Shown one piece after another: positions 38,406 through 49,513 of a stretch of 64,000 bases of DNA. The first letter of the stretch is position 1. Each line of letters opens with the position of its first letter. The translations under genes were made by a program, and so were the position numbers. Origin of the DNA: Candidatus Bathyarchaeota archaeon (lineage in GTDB: Archaea > Thermoproteota > Bathyarchaeia > Bathyarchaeales > Bathycorpusculaceae); contig CAVZKL010000011.1 in assembly GCA_963775895.1 (NCBI GenBank), forward strand, positions 1 through 64,000, written 5' to 3'. The notes beneath the pieces were generated by a model. That model was not told the origin of the DNA. It ran no database searches and saw nothing but the letters and a program-made list of their open reading frames with translations.

Positions 38406-40769
38406 CTAGAAGCTTGCGTGCTCTGTTCTCTTGATTATTTCGTTTTGCAGATCTATACCCAGGTCGACGAAGTAGTCACTGTAACCTGCAACCCTCACTA
38501 TTAGATCCCTATATCTTTCAGGATGCTTCTGCGCATCACGCAACATTTCAGAGCTTACTACGTTGAACTGAATATGGTGACCGTCGAGTTTGAAGTAGGT
38601 GCGGACGAGCTGTCCGAGTTTGTCAATCCCAACATCATCTGCTAACAGTTGCGGCGTGAACTTCTGGTTGAGAAGTGTTCCCCCCGTTCTGACGTGATCG
38701 ATTTTCGCCACTGATTTTACCACAGCAGTCGGGCCTTTGCGGTCGGCACCTTGAACGGGTGACACTCCTTCAGAAAGAGGCTCTCCGGCTTTTCGCCCGT
38801 CAGGAGTAGCCCCAACAGCCTTTCCAAAAAATATGTGAACAGTCGTGGGCAAGAGATTGATCCTGTAGTGTCCGCCTTTAGTGTTAGGTCTTCCGTCCAC
38901 GGCTGCAAAATAAGCTTCAAAAATGTCTTTCATCACTTCGTCCGCGTAGTCATCATCGTTTCCGTATTTCGGTGTCTTATTCACAAGTCTCAGGCGCAGG
39001 TTTTCTTGTCCCTTGTAGTTAGAGTTCAGAGCCTCAATCATTTCTTTCATTGCAACGTGTTTCTTCTCGAAAACAAGGTATTTCAAAGCTGTCAACGAAT
39101 CGGTCAAGGTTCCAAGTCCGACTCCTTGAATGTAGTCCGTATTGTACCGTGCTCCGCCATCATTGTAGTCCTTGCCTTTCGCTATGCAGTCATCGATGAG
39201 AATGGACAGGAAGGGCACCGGAAGTTGTTCAGCGTACAGCCGCTCTATCACGTTGTTACCCTTAACTTTGATGTCAACAAAGTGATTGAGCTGTTTCCTG
39301 AACGCTTCAAACAGCTCTTCAAAAGACTTGAACCTCTCTGGATCTCCGGTTTCTAACCCGATTTTCTTTTCTGTTCTCGGATCTACCCCGTTATTCAGTG
39401 TGATTTCTAAAACCTTGGGCAGATTGAAGTAGCCAGTCAGAATGTAACTTTCCTTGCCGAAAGCTCCGGTTTCTACGCATCCGCTTGATCCTCCGTTTCT
39501 CGCGTCTTCGATGCGTTTCCCCTGTCTTAGAAGCTCTTGGATTATTTCGTCAGTGTTGAATATTGAAGGTTGGCCGAAACCGGTTTTTATTATTTCTATG
39601 GCTCTTCTCAAGAATCTGTCGGGCGTTTTCTTGCTGATCTGAACCATAGAACTCGGTTGGGTAAGCCTCATTTCTTCCACGACGTCAAGTATCAGGTACG
39701 AGAGTTCGTTCACTCCGTCTGATCCGTCCGCCTTGACTCCGCCTGTATTGATCAGCGCAAAGTCCGTGTAAGTACAGCTTTCTTCTGCCGTCACGCCAAC
39801 TTTGGGCGGCGCTAATTGGTTGTTGAATTTTATCCAAAAAGCCTGAAGAAGTTCCTTTGCGTCCTCCTTTGTCAGAGTGCCCCGTTTGAGATCTCCATCA
39901 TAGAACGGAAGCAGGTGCTGATCCAGCCTTCCAGGATTGAAAGCATCCCACGGATTGAGTTCAGTTATGACTCCCAGATGAATGAACCAATAATGCTGCA
40001 GTGCCTCCCAGAAGTCTCTGGGCGCATAAGCCGGGACATGCGAACAGACTGACACGATTTTTTCCAGCTCTCTTCGTCTGTCAGGATTCTTTTCCTTCTT
40101 TGCTATTTCCCTCGCACGGTCGGCATGGCGTTCGGCGTAGAGTATCAACGCGTCTGTCGCAATATTCATGGCCTTGAGTTCTTCCTGTTTTTTGTATGCA
40201 TCCGCATCTTCAAGAAAGTTCAGGTTCTGCATGCTTCTGGTTATGTCTTTTTTAAAGTCAACCAGGCCCTTTTTGTAGATTTTGTCGTCTAGGGTCGTGT
40301 GTCCTGGGGCTCTTTGTTCTAGGAATTCTGTGAACACTCCTGCTTCATAAGCGGCCTTCCATTCTTCTGACATTTTGCCGAATATGACGTCCCTCATCGA
40401 CCTGCCCTTCCAGAAGGGAATGACTTTCTCTTTGTACACTTTCTTGGTTTCCTCGTTCACGGCGTAAGGGATTTTCTTCCGTGAGTTCAGAATCTTCAGA
40501 TCTTCAAGGGTGTGACAACATATTTCAGGATACGTCGAAGTCTCCTTCGGAGCTGGACCCCTCTCGCCAACGATCAATTCTCCATCATTAATACAGATTT
40601 TCTCGTTTGCAAGCAAATGATTGAACGCAAGTGCCCTTTTCACAGGAATGGACACTTCATTGGCTATCTCACTTTCATAGAACTCTGTTATGAGAATCGC
40701 CCTCTCAGGAGAAATGTGAGGCTTAGCGCTTACACTTTGTTTCCTTAGCCTTCTGATTCTTTCGCGCAT
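38406..40769 (-). CDS. hypD: Glycyl radical enzyme, trans-4-hydroxy-L-proline dehydratase-like
   Basis: EQRAPGHT, PPKVGVT.EES.TYTDF, SSGCVE Cys loop, LLPTT, VRVAGYS Gly loop. Confidence 0.85.
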   Translation of the reverse strand: MRERIRRLRKQSVSAKPHISPERAILITEFYESEIANEVSIPVKRALAFNHLLANEKICINDGELIVGERGPAPKETSTYPEICCHTLEDLKILNSRKKIPYAVNEETKKVYKEKVIPFWKGRSMRDVIFGKMSEEWKAAYEAGVFTEFLEQRAPGHTTLDDKIYKKGLVDFKKDITRSMQNLNFLEDADAYKKQEELKAMNIATDALILYAERHADRAREIAKKEKNPDRRRELEKIVSVCSHVPAYAPRDFWEALQHYWFIHLGVITELNPWDAFNPGRLDQHLLPFYDGDLKRGTLTKEDAKELLQAFWIKFNNQLAPPKVGVTAEESCTYTDFALINTGGVKADGSDGVNELSYLILDVVEEMRLTQPSSMVQISKKTPDRFLRRAIEIIKTGFGQPSIFNTDEIIQELLRQGKRIEDARNGGSSGCVETGAFGKESYILTGYFNLPKVLEITLNNGVDPRTEKKIGLETGDPERFKSFEELFEAFRKQLNHFVDIKVKGNNVIERLYAEQLPVPFLSILIDDCIAKGKDYNDGGARYNTDYIQGVGLGTLTDSLTALKYLVFEKKHVAMKEMIEALNSNYKGQENLRLRLVNKTPKYGNDDDYADEVMKDIFEAYFAAVDGRPNTKGGHYRINLLPTTVHIFFGKAVGATPDGRKAGEPLSEGVSPVQGADRKGPTAVVKSVAKIDHVRTGGTLLNQKFTPQLLADDVGIDKLGQLVRTYFKLDGHHIQFNVVSSEMLRDAQKHPERYRDLIVRVAGYSDYFVDLGIDLQNEIIKRTEHASF

Positions 40770-40770
40770 G

Positions 40771-41680
40771 TCACCCTCCTCCGATTCCCACTCTTATTCC
40801 AAAGGACTCCATTTTTTCCTTCACTGACTTGATGCACTGGTCAGAAGGAGTTTGGATCTTCTTCCAGCTTGTAAGGTTTGCCAAGGTTCTTGTATTTCTC
40901 GATTCCAGCCCTATGATAAGGAAGAAGATTGACTTGTAGTATGTTGGGCAAACAACTCACGAACTCGGCTGTTCTTGTAACATTCTCTTCATCATCATTT
41001 ATGCTTGGTATCACTGGAATACTGATCACTATGCTGCTGCCATTTTCTGCCAGTTTCCTAAGGTTGCTGAGAATTCGTTCATTTGAAGCACCAGTGTATT
41101 TTCTATGTGTTTCTTCATCCATGGTTTTTATGTCGTACAGGAAAAGGTCTACCTTGTCACGTATCTTGTCGATGATTTCATAACGGGTAAACCCGCACGT
41201 ATCTACAACAGTGTGAATCGCTCTCTCTTTACACTCTTTGAGGAGTGCATGTAAGAAGTCAGGTTGCAAGAGTGGTTCTCCTCCTGAAAAAGTCACTCCC
41301 CCACCGGATTCCTCATAAAAACTCTCATCCTTCTCTATTTCTTCAAGAATTTCCTCCACTTTCATCCGCTTTCCAGCAATCGAAAGAGCATCAGATGGAC
41401 ACACGCGAGAGCACACGTCGCAGAGAACACAGTTTTTTCTGTCAATGGAAATGGATTGACCCAATGGCAATATCGTCTTTCTCTGACATTTTTCCGCGCA
41501 TTTGCCACAGCCGACGCATCTGCTCTTCCTAAAAACCAACTCAGGCTCCGAATTCTGTCCTTCTGGGTTGTGGCACCACCAGCAACGCATCGGACAACCT
41601 TTGAAAAACACCGTCGTGCGAATGCCTGGTCCATCATGAATAGCATATCTCCTGATGTCAAAGATAAGGCCTTTTTTCAT
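40771..41680 (-). CDS. Glycyl-radical enzyme activating protein (frameshift near 40862)
   Basis: IHDGPGIRTTVFFKGCPMRCWWCHNPE, ferredoxin insert, SGGEP, LLPYH. Confidence 0.92.
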
Positions 41681-41863
41681 GGATGCTGCCAACATCTGAA
41701 AATATAATGCCGATCGCTATAGCTCTTTCTTTGGTAACACAAGAAAGGACGGTTCGTGTGATACTTGGTGTTTTACGCGTGAGTCTCTGGCTGATTTGAA
41801 AATCTCGCATTGTTTGAAAATGTTTATATCGATTCAGGGTCTATCGACTACGCTAAGATCAAA

Positions 41864-43708
41864 ATGAGTATAGCTAAGCCTCTGCTCGATTATGCTAGGT
41901 CGCTCAAACCGAAAAAGGGTTTCACACAGTCCTTTTCAGCTTTCAAGAGGCTACTGAATTATCACAAGAGATACTACTGGTTTATCGCTGCAATCGTTAT
42001 TCTCGCGGTGATACGATCTATCCTGTTCTCACTGGAACCTTTGTACACGAGCAAAATCATTATCGACGTTATTGGACCTCCATCTAACACGAGCCTTCTG
42101 TGGGGATACTTGTTGGTCATAGTATCGGCTGGAATAGGCTATGCCATTTCGAATTTTGTTTTGACTTTCGTGCACGGCGTGATGTCTCAGTACATTGTCA
42201 GAGACATAAGGACCGATTATTACCGGGCACTCCAGGGCAAATCGTTCAGTTTTTACGATTTTATAGGGGGTTGGTGATCTCACGTCAAGAGCCACAGTGG
42301 ACCTTCAAATGGTTGACTCTTTTCTGAGAACTTGGCTTGGCACTGTTCTTAACGCAGTTTTGACAACGATCATCATCATTGTCATAATCTGCCCATAAGT
42401 CCAACCATGACATTGATCTCCTTGGCCACGATGCCGTTGATTTTCTATTTCACAACGCGTCTTTGGTTAGAAACGATGCCCCTGTTCAGGAACATGCAGC
42501 TTATTCTGGGAAGATTGAGCTCGTACATACAGCAGAATATCGTTGGAATGAAAACAGTTAGGATATTCCGCCGAGAAAAGGACATTGTTGACGGGTTTAA
42601 AGACGTAGAGAGCGTTTATGTGAATACGGCTATCACTGCGGGCAAGCTACAGTCAATCTACATGCCTCTCGGTCCAGCGATACTTACGCTTGGAATTGCC
42701 TTGGTCTACGTGTACGCGGGGGAAACCTTGGGTATTCCAGGGTCAGCCTTGGCAGTTGCTCAGGTTGGTGACATCATTCTCTTTGCAAGGTACATGATGA
42801 GATTAACCTTTCCTATAAGAGATCTGAGTCAGACTTTGGGAAGTTGGATTACAGCTTACGCCGGCCTGGAAAGGGTTCTTGAGATGACAGACGCGCCGAG
42901 AAACGTTGAAGATCTTGCCGGCGCAAGAGACGTAAAAATAGAAAAAGGAAAGCTTGAACTGGAAAACGTGACTTTCGGTTACGTGAAAGAGAGACCTGTG
43001 CTGAATCACGTTACGTTCACGGTGCAGCCCGGCGAAAAAATAGCGATATTGGGCGCAACGGGATCCGGAAAAAGCTCTCTGATTTATTTGGTTCCAAGAT
43101 TTTACGACATCCAAGAGGGCAGTATAAAGATAGATGGCACGGACATACGCCAGTTCAGGCTTGATTCTCTTAGACGCCAAATAGGCGTGGTGTTGCAGGA
43201 TGTTTTCTTGTTCACTGGAACAATCAAAGAGAACATTGCATTCGGCAAGCCTGACGCTTCGATGGATCAAATAGTGGAAGCTGCTAAGGCAGCTAGAATA
43301 CATGACTTCATCGAATCTCTTCCAACTGGCTATGATACGCTCGTCGGAGAAAGAGGGGTCACCCTGTCTGGTGGCCAAAAGCAGAGAATGACAATAGCCA
43401 GAGCGCTCATAACTAATCCAAAAATACTGATAATGGACGACTCTTTGTCATTCGTTGACGCGAAGACGGAGCAAGAAATTCAATCTGCAATTGAAGAAGC
43501 CACGAAGATGAGGACGACTCTGATAATTGCTCAGAGATTCTCGACCATAAAAACTGCCGAGAAGATTTTGGTCCTTGAAAACGGGTCAGTGGCCGAATTC
43601 GGAACGCACGAGGAGCTCATGGCAAGCAACGGCGTCTACAAGAAGGTCTATAAAACACAATTCATCCAAAAAGCATCACCTATTCTCGAAGAAACAGGTG
43701 GTTCCTAG
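41864..43708 (+). CDS. ABC exporter, fused TMD-NBD (frameshifts near 42265 and 42395)
   Basis: GATGSGKS, LSGGQKQR, ILIMDD; TM domain split over frames. Confidence 0.88.
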
Positions 43709-45554
43709 TGTCAGGTTCATACGGAACTTTTTCCACAAGGCAGGAAGAAAGAAGAAAAAGAACCATTCCTGACAGAGTGCTGATTCGGAGAGTCTATGAC
43801 TACGCTCAAGCTCACAAGAGAAACCTCGCAATAGGTGTCTCAGCCACTATACTCGGTGCGTTAACTGGGTTGGCTGCGCCGTACATGCACGCGATAGCCA
43901 TCGACCAGATAATAACGCCCAAGAACCTTTCGGGCTTCTTGTGGTGGGTACCGTTGTTCGTAGCTGTCATCCTGGGCAACTACGTTTTTCAGTACATCCA
44001 GACCTACCAGATGCGTGTAGTCGGGGAAAACGTAGTTGCAAAGATGAGGGATGACATGATGGAAAAACTGCAAGTCATCTCGCTAAAGTATTTTTCAGAA
44101 GGTGAAATCGGAAGAATTATCTCCCGACCGACGAACGACGCCAACACCGTCAGAATATTCCTAAGATTGGGGCTCACGAGTATTCTCATAGACATCAGCT
44201 CAATACTCGGCTCCTTCGCCATAATGTTCTTTCTTGACCTTCGACTGGCCCTTCTTGCCATGGCGGTTCTGCCTGTGGCTATAGTGCTAGTCTGGTATCT
44301 TGGGAAATATTCAAGAGCCGCTTACAGGAAAACGTTGATCACAACTTCAGGGTTAACGGCAAGGATGCAGGAAGACCTAGCAGGCATAAAGGTTACCCAA
44401 GCTTACGCGCAGGAGCAGGAAACAGAAAAGAAGTTCTTGAAGAGCCAAAACGAAAACGTGAAGGCGACAATCAGAGCCATTCTTATAGGTTCGTCATACA
44501 CGCCGTTCGTAATAGGATTGAGACTAATCGGAACAATGATAATTCTCTATTATGGAGTAATGGCGGTGTTAAGCGTGCCACCAGTAATCACGCTGGGAGT
44601 TCTGGTAGCTTTCACCGAGTACCAGTTTTCGTATTTCATGCCGTTGGTCGACTTGGTAACGATGTATGACCAGTATCAATCAGCCATGTCAGCAATTGAG
44701 AGAATGTTCGACGTGATAGACACTAAAGTTGAGGTCGTAGACGCGCCGCCTGAACGGAGAGTGGCATTGGAGTGATAGAAGAAGTCAGATTTGAGAACGT
44801 CAGTTTTGCCTACGACATGGATGTGCCAGTTCTGAGGAACATCAACTTCACTCTAAAACGCAACATGAAACTTGCGATCGTCGGGCAGACAGGGGCGGGA
44901 AAAAGTACGATAATTAACCTTCTCGCTAGATTCTACGATCCAGGCGAAGGCAGAATACTTATCAATGGACATGACATCAAAGATATTCCGCTCGCATCTT
45001 TGAGAGCTCGCATGAGTACCGTGCTACAGGACTCGTTTCTCTTCTCCGTTTCCATAAAGGAAAACATAAGGTTCGGAAAACTTGAAGCAACAGACCAAGA
45101 GATCGTAGACGCAGCAAAATCCATCGGTGCCCACGATTTCATAATGAAGCTTCCCGACGACTACGACTACGTGATACAGGAAGGTTCGTCAAACATATCC
45201 ATTGGCCAAAGACAACTCATAAGCTTTGCCAGAACCCTACTTGCAAACCCAGAAATATTGGTTTTGGACGAAGCAACGTCGTCTGTTGACGCCTACACGG
45301 AACTGGTAATACAGAGAGCTCTGAAAACGCTGATGCGCAACAGGATGACCATAATAATCGCTCACCGACTTTCAACCATAAGGCTTTGTGACGAGATCTT
45401 GACAATCGATCACGGGTCGATAGTGGAGAGAGGTACGCATGAACAGCTCATGCGTAAGAAAGGATTGTACAGTTCATTCTACAGACTGCAATTCAGAGAA
45501 GAAACGGGGGCAGACACGGCACAGGTCCAGCCAAGTGGACACCGAGAATATTAA
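43708..45554 (+). CDS. ABC exporter, fused TMD-NBD partner (frameshift near 44772)
   Basis: TM domain in ORF 43708-44775; GQTGAGKS, SIGQRQ, LVLDEATS, AHRL in ORF 44772-45554. Confidence 0.88.
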
Positions 45555-45709
45555 TGAGAATTAGCCGCTGAGATGAATCGGGCAAGACGAACCCAATGGC
45601 TTCATGGATCAACCGCTTGCGTGCTTGTTGTATTAGCGTCGATGATAAGCGTTTCAGTGCTCTCGTCGTCCGATATCAGCACGCGCCCACGCTTTTTCAG
45701 ACGTTCGCG

Positions 45710-46159
45710 TTAACCTTCTTCGGGAAGATACCGGGGGCTTACCAAATATCCCAGAATGTCTCGCATCTCTCTATCAACGTAGTTTTCAAGGCTATTGGCA
45801 ATATCCGCGGCCGTCAAGACGCCTTGAAGCGTGTCCTCTTTAATCACCGCCAGTCTCCAAATTTTGTGCTTCTTCATTATTTTGGCTGCTTCTGAGAGAT
45901 CTGCGTCCGCATCAATCGTTATCAAGGGCGTCGACATTATTTCGGCGACTTTCACATTCTTCGGATCAAGTCCCTTTCCAGCAACCTTCCATGTGACATC
46001 GCGGTCAGTCACTATGCCGAAGGGCTTACCTTGCCTCAGAACGATTGCGCATCCTTCTCTTTTATTATACATATTCAAGGATGCTTCCGCAACAGATGCG
46101 CCTTCTTCGACAGTGACCATGCTCTTGCTCATAGCTTCGGCAACTCTCAAGAACTCCAC
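45710..46159 (-). CDS. CBS domain pair protein
   Basis: GIVTDRD, V.EIMS.PLITI, GVLT..DI. Confidence 0.9.
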   Translation of the reverse strand: MEFLRVAEAMSKSMVTVEEGASVAEASLNMYNKREGCAIVLRQGKPFGIVTDRDVTWKVAGKGLDPKNVKVAEIMSTPLITIDADADLSEAAKIMKKHKIWRLAVIKEDTLQGVLTAADIANSLENYVDREMRDILGYLVSPRYLPEEG

Positions 46160-46262
46160 GCTCTTGTTATTCAGAACGATTCGAACATAAATTTAGGGGA
46201 TTTCGAATAATTAAACTATGCTGTGAGACGTTATCATTCCAGTTGGTTGCGCACACGTGCTT

Positions 46263-47555
46263 TCAGCTTTGTTTGCATTCTCGTGCGTATGTTTCTGTTT
46301 CTCTGAGCAGTTTGTGGAGGTCCAATTTCGAATGGGCGGTGCACAAAGCGCAGCTATGGGTTGGAAAGAAGAAGATTCCGTTAGCGATCATTGCCAGATT
46401 ATAGTTGAACACTCTCTTGATATCCGCACGGGAAGCTGTTTGAGGGTCTTTTACGAGTTCTTTAGTGAAATGAATGTTGAAGAGTGAGCCTGCTCCAGTG
46501 ATCTGAACGTCAATTGCATTTTCATCGAAAATTCGTTTCATTTCTGCCCTTAAACTGTCGCCAAGCCCGTTAAGACGGCTTGTGACCTCACCGTCTTCCA
46601 GCAGTCGGAGAGTTGCCAGTCCAGCGGTCATAGTTATCGGGTTTCCCACGAACGTGCCACCTTGGAATGAGTAGTTGGGACGTTTGTAGACTGTGCTGTC
46701 CATTTTTTCCATGATTTTCTTAGAAGCGCACAGGGCTCCTATCGGAAATCCTCCTCCCAAGATTTTTCCAAGCACCGTTATGTCCGGCTTCACGCCGAAA
46801 TATTCCTGTCCTCCGCCTGGAGCGAGTCGAAACCCCGTTATCACCTCGTCAAATATCAGTAGAATATCCTTCCTGTCACAGAATTCTCTCAAGCCCTTCA
46901 GAAACTCTTTCTCCACCGATATTCCACCGCCTGCGCCCAACACTGGCTCGATTATAATAGAAGCCGGCTGCTCACTCTTCAACCTGTGCTCAACGCCGTC
47001 GAGATCATTGAAAGGCAGGAGAATCGTGTCTTGCAGGGCTCCCCGAGTCAGGCCTGCCGACTCCGGAACGTCAAACGGAGGTTTAACGCCCACGTGAAGT
47101 GCATCATAACCACCATGCCACCCTCCCAGAAACTTGGCTATCTTGTCTCGCGCCGTGAATGCGCGCGCGAGTCTCGTTGCGTACATGTTTGCTTCAGTCC
47201 CAGAGTTGGTGAATCTGACCATTTGGGCGCTTGGGACCATTTTCACGACTTGCTCAGCCAAAGCGACCTCTAGTTCATGTGAAGTTCCGTAAATAGTTCC
47301 GTTTTCAAGTTGTTTCTTCACGGCCGTTACAACCGGTCTGGGACTGTGTCCAAGAATGAGCGCGGTGTGTCCGAGCCAAAAATCGACGTATTCGTTTCCA
47401 TCCACGTCGTATAGTTTGCTTCCCTTGGCTCTGGCGGTAAAAAATGGGTATGGACCAAAATAGCGTACGCCATAGGAAACACCTGCAGGCAGAACATTCT
47501 TTGCCCGTTGATACAGAGTCCTGGAGGTTGGGGTCTTTGAAGTGTAGTCTTTCAT
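46263..47555 (-). CDS. Glutamate-1-semialdehyde aminomutase-like class III aminotransferase
   Basis: DVDGNEYVD, NSGTEA, DEVITGFR, GKILGGGFPIG, GTFVGNP. Confidence 0.88.
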   Translation of the reverse strand: MKDYTSKTPTSRTLYQRAKNVLPAGVSYGVRYFGPYPFFTARAKGSKLYDVDGNEYVDFWLGHTALILGHSPRPVVTAVKKQLENGTIYGTSHELEVALAEQVVKMVPSAQMVRFTNSGTEANMYATRLARAFTARDKIAKFLGGWHGGYDALHVGVKPPFDVPESAGLTRGALQDTILLPFNDLDGVEHRLKSEQPASIIIEPVLGAGGGISVEKEFLKGLREFCDRKDILLIFDEVITGFRLAPGGGQEYFGVKPDITVLGKILGGGFPIGALCASKKIMEKMDSTVYKRPNYSFQGGTFVGNPITMTAGLATLRLLEDGEVTSRLNGLGDSLRAEMKRIFDENAIDVQITGAGSLFNIHFTKELVKDPQTASRADIKRVFNYNLAMIANGIFFFPTHSCALCTAHSKLDLHKLLRETETYARECKQS

Positions 47556-47718
47556 GGAAGAGCCCTTTCCAACTGTGGTCACCAGTCAAACTGTGGTGGT
47601 GCGTTTAAATTGTTTGCGAAAAACTGTGGAGGAAGAGCCTGCTGAGTTTCACAAGGCCTTTTTCAAATTCTTTTTATCTTTGGATTGCATATGCCAACTC
47701 TAAGAGAGGTTGTAAAAC

Positions 47719-48291
47719 ATGGAGTTTAAAGGAAGCCAAACTGAAAAGAATCTGCTTGCCGCGTTCGCAGGCGAATCGCAGGCTAGGAACAGATACACTT
47801 ACTTTGCTAGCGCAGCTAGGAAGGAAGGATATGAGCAGATTTCAGGCATCTTCCAGGAGACATCTGACAATGAGAAAGAACATGCCAAACTGTTCTTTGA
47901 GCTTCTCAAGGGCGGAACCGTTGAGATAATGGCCGCCTACCCAGCTGGTGTCATTGGGTCAACGGCGCAGAACCTGAAAGCAGCGGCAGACGGAGAGAAG
48001 TTCGAGTGGGGAACGTTATACCCTGGTTTTGCAGAAGTAGCCGAAAAGGAGGGTTTCACTGAAGCCGGTAGGACTTTCCGTCAGGTCGCTAAGGTAGAAG
48101 CCTACCACGAACGGCGATATTTGAAGCTGCTGGCAAACGTCGAGCAAAGCAAAGTGTTCAAGAAAGATGCGCCAGTGAAATGGAAGTGCAGAAACTGCGG
48201 GTACGTCTTCGAAGGCACTGAGGTTCCAGACAAATGTCCAGTGTGCAAACATCCACGAAGTTTCTACGAGGTCTACGCAGAGAACTACTGA
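47719..48291 (+). CDS. rbr: Rubrerythrin
   Basis: AFAGESQARNRY, EKEH, E..H, WKCRNCG...CPVC. Confidence 0.95.
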   Translation: MEFKGSQTEKNLLAAFAGESQARNRYTYFASAARKEGYEQISGIFQETSDNEKEHAKLFFELLKGGTVEIMAAYPAGVIGSTAQNLKAAADGEKFEWGTLYPGFAEVAEKEGFTEAGRTFRQVAKVEAYHERRYLKLLANVEQSKVFKKDAPVKWKCRNCGYVFEGTEVPDKCPVCKHPRSFYEVYAENY

Positions 48292-48340
48292 CCTGTAATA
48301 CACGTGACCGAAGCTCATAGACACTCTTGAGCGGAGGCTT

Positions 48341-49462
48341 TCACAGCCTCAATCTGTGGCTTTTGGTCTTGACATCTTGTTCAAACTCTTTGGCCAACTG
48401 TTCAAGCAGAGCTCTCTGTTGTGCCGTGAGTTTTTCAGGAACTGCAACGTTTACTCGGACCAATATATCGCCTCTGCCGTATCCTCTAAACCTCGGCATG
48501 CCCTTTCCCCTGAGCCTCACGGTTTGGCCTGGCTGCGTTCCAGGCTCAATTCTTATCGTAGTGTTCCCTTCAAGCGTCGGTATTGAAACGTCCGCGCCCA
48601 ACGCCGCCTGAGGAAAACCTACTGAAAGACTGTACAGAAGATCGTCTTCGTCTCTTTTGAAGTACCTGTGGGGTGCTATGTGAATTAGAACGTAAAGATC
48701 TCCAGGAGCATTCGCCCCAGAGGACATTTCGCCCTCACCAGGAAGTCGGAGTTGATACCCTTCATCTATGCCAGGAGGTACTTTTACGGTGATCTTTCTT
48801 TCTCTTTCCACCAATCCGCTCCCTCTGCACTTGGGACATGACTTTTCTATTATTCTGCCTCTTCCATTGCATGTCGGGCAAGGTATAACACGAACAAACA
48901 TACCGAAACTGTTTCTGGTCGTGGTCTGCACTCTTCCTGCCCCATTGCATCTTGGACATGTTCTAGGAGAAGTGCCAGGTGCCGCGCCGCTTCCTCCACA
49001 GACATCGCATCTCTCTGTTCTTTCTATGTATGTCTCTTTCTCCGCACCGCTTGCCGCTTCCTCAAGTGTGATTACGAGGTCATACGCAAGGTCTCGCCCT
49101 CTTTGGGGGCTCTCTTCGAAGTCTCTGCCGCCGAAAAAGAAGCTAAATACATCTCTCAGACCGAAACCTGCGCCCAAGTCTCTGAATATCGAGTCGAAGT
49201 CTGCGCCTCTAAAAATGTCCTCCTGCGTGTAACGTTGATCAAAGCCCGCATGTCCAAGTTGATCGTATTGAGATCTTTTTTCATCGTCCGACAAGACCGC
49301 ATAGGCTTCTGATATCTCTTTGAACTTTTCCTCTGCTTCAGGCGACTTGTTCCTGTCAGGGTGATATTGCATCGCTAGCTTTCGGTAGGAGTCTTTGATT
49401 TCGTCTTTTGAGGCAGTTTTGGGCACTCCGAGAACTTCGTAGTAGTCTCTTTTTTCACTCAT
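48341..49462 (-). CDS. dnaJ: Chaperone DnaJ
   Basis: HPD motif, four CxxCxGxG repeats. Confidence 0.97.
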   Translation of the reverse strand: MSEKRDYYEVLGVPKTASKDEIKDSYRKLAMQYHPDRNKSPEAEEKFKEISEAYAVLSDDEKRSQYDQLGHAGFDQRYTQEDIFRGADFDSIFRDLGAGFGLRDVFSFFFGGRDFEESPQRGRDLAYDLVITLEEAASGAEKETYIERTERCDVCGGSGAAPGTSPRTCPRCNGAGRVQTTTRNSFGMFVRVIPCPTCNGRGRIIEKSCPKCRGSGLVERERKITVKVPPGIDEGYQLRLPGEGEMSSGANAPGDLYVLIHIAPHRYFKRDEDDLLYSLSVGFPQAALGADVSIPTLEGNTTIRIEPGTQPGQTVRLRGKGMPRFRGYGRGDILVRVNVAVPEKLTAQQRALLEQLAKEFEQDVKTKSHRLRL

Positions 49463-49513
49463 TTCTTTACCATCAGATTAACGGCACAGGTCAGGAAGAC
49501 CTGCCTAGAATTT

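Noticed and set aside
47161-47169. (GC)4 run inside the aminotransferase gene as a junction box
   Set aside because: It encodes part of LARAF in an intact conserved ORF and lacks the TAG flank, so it is probably the chance occurrence.
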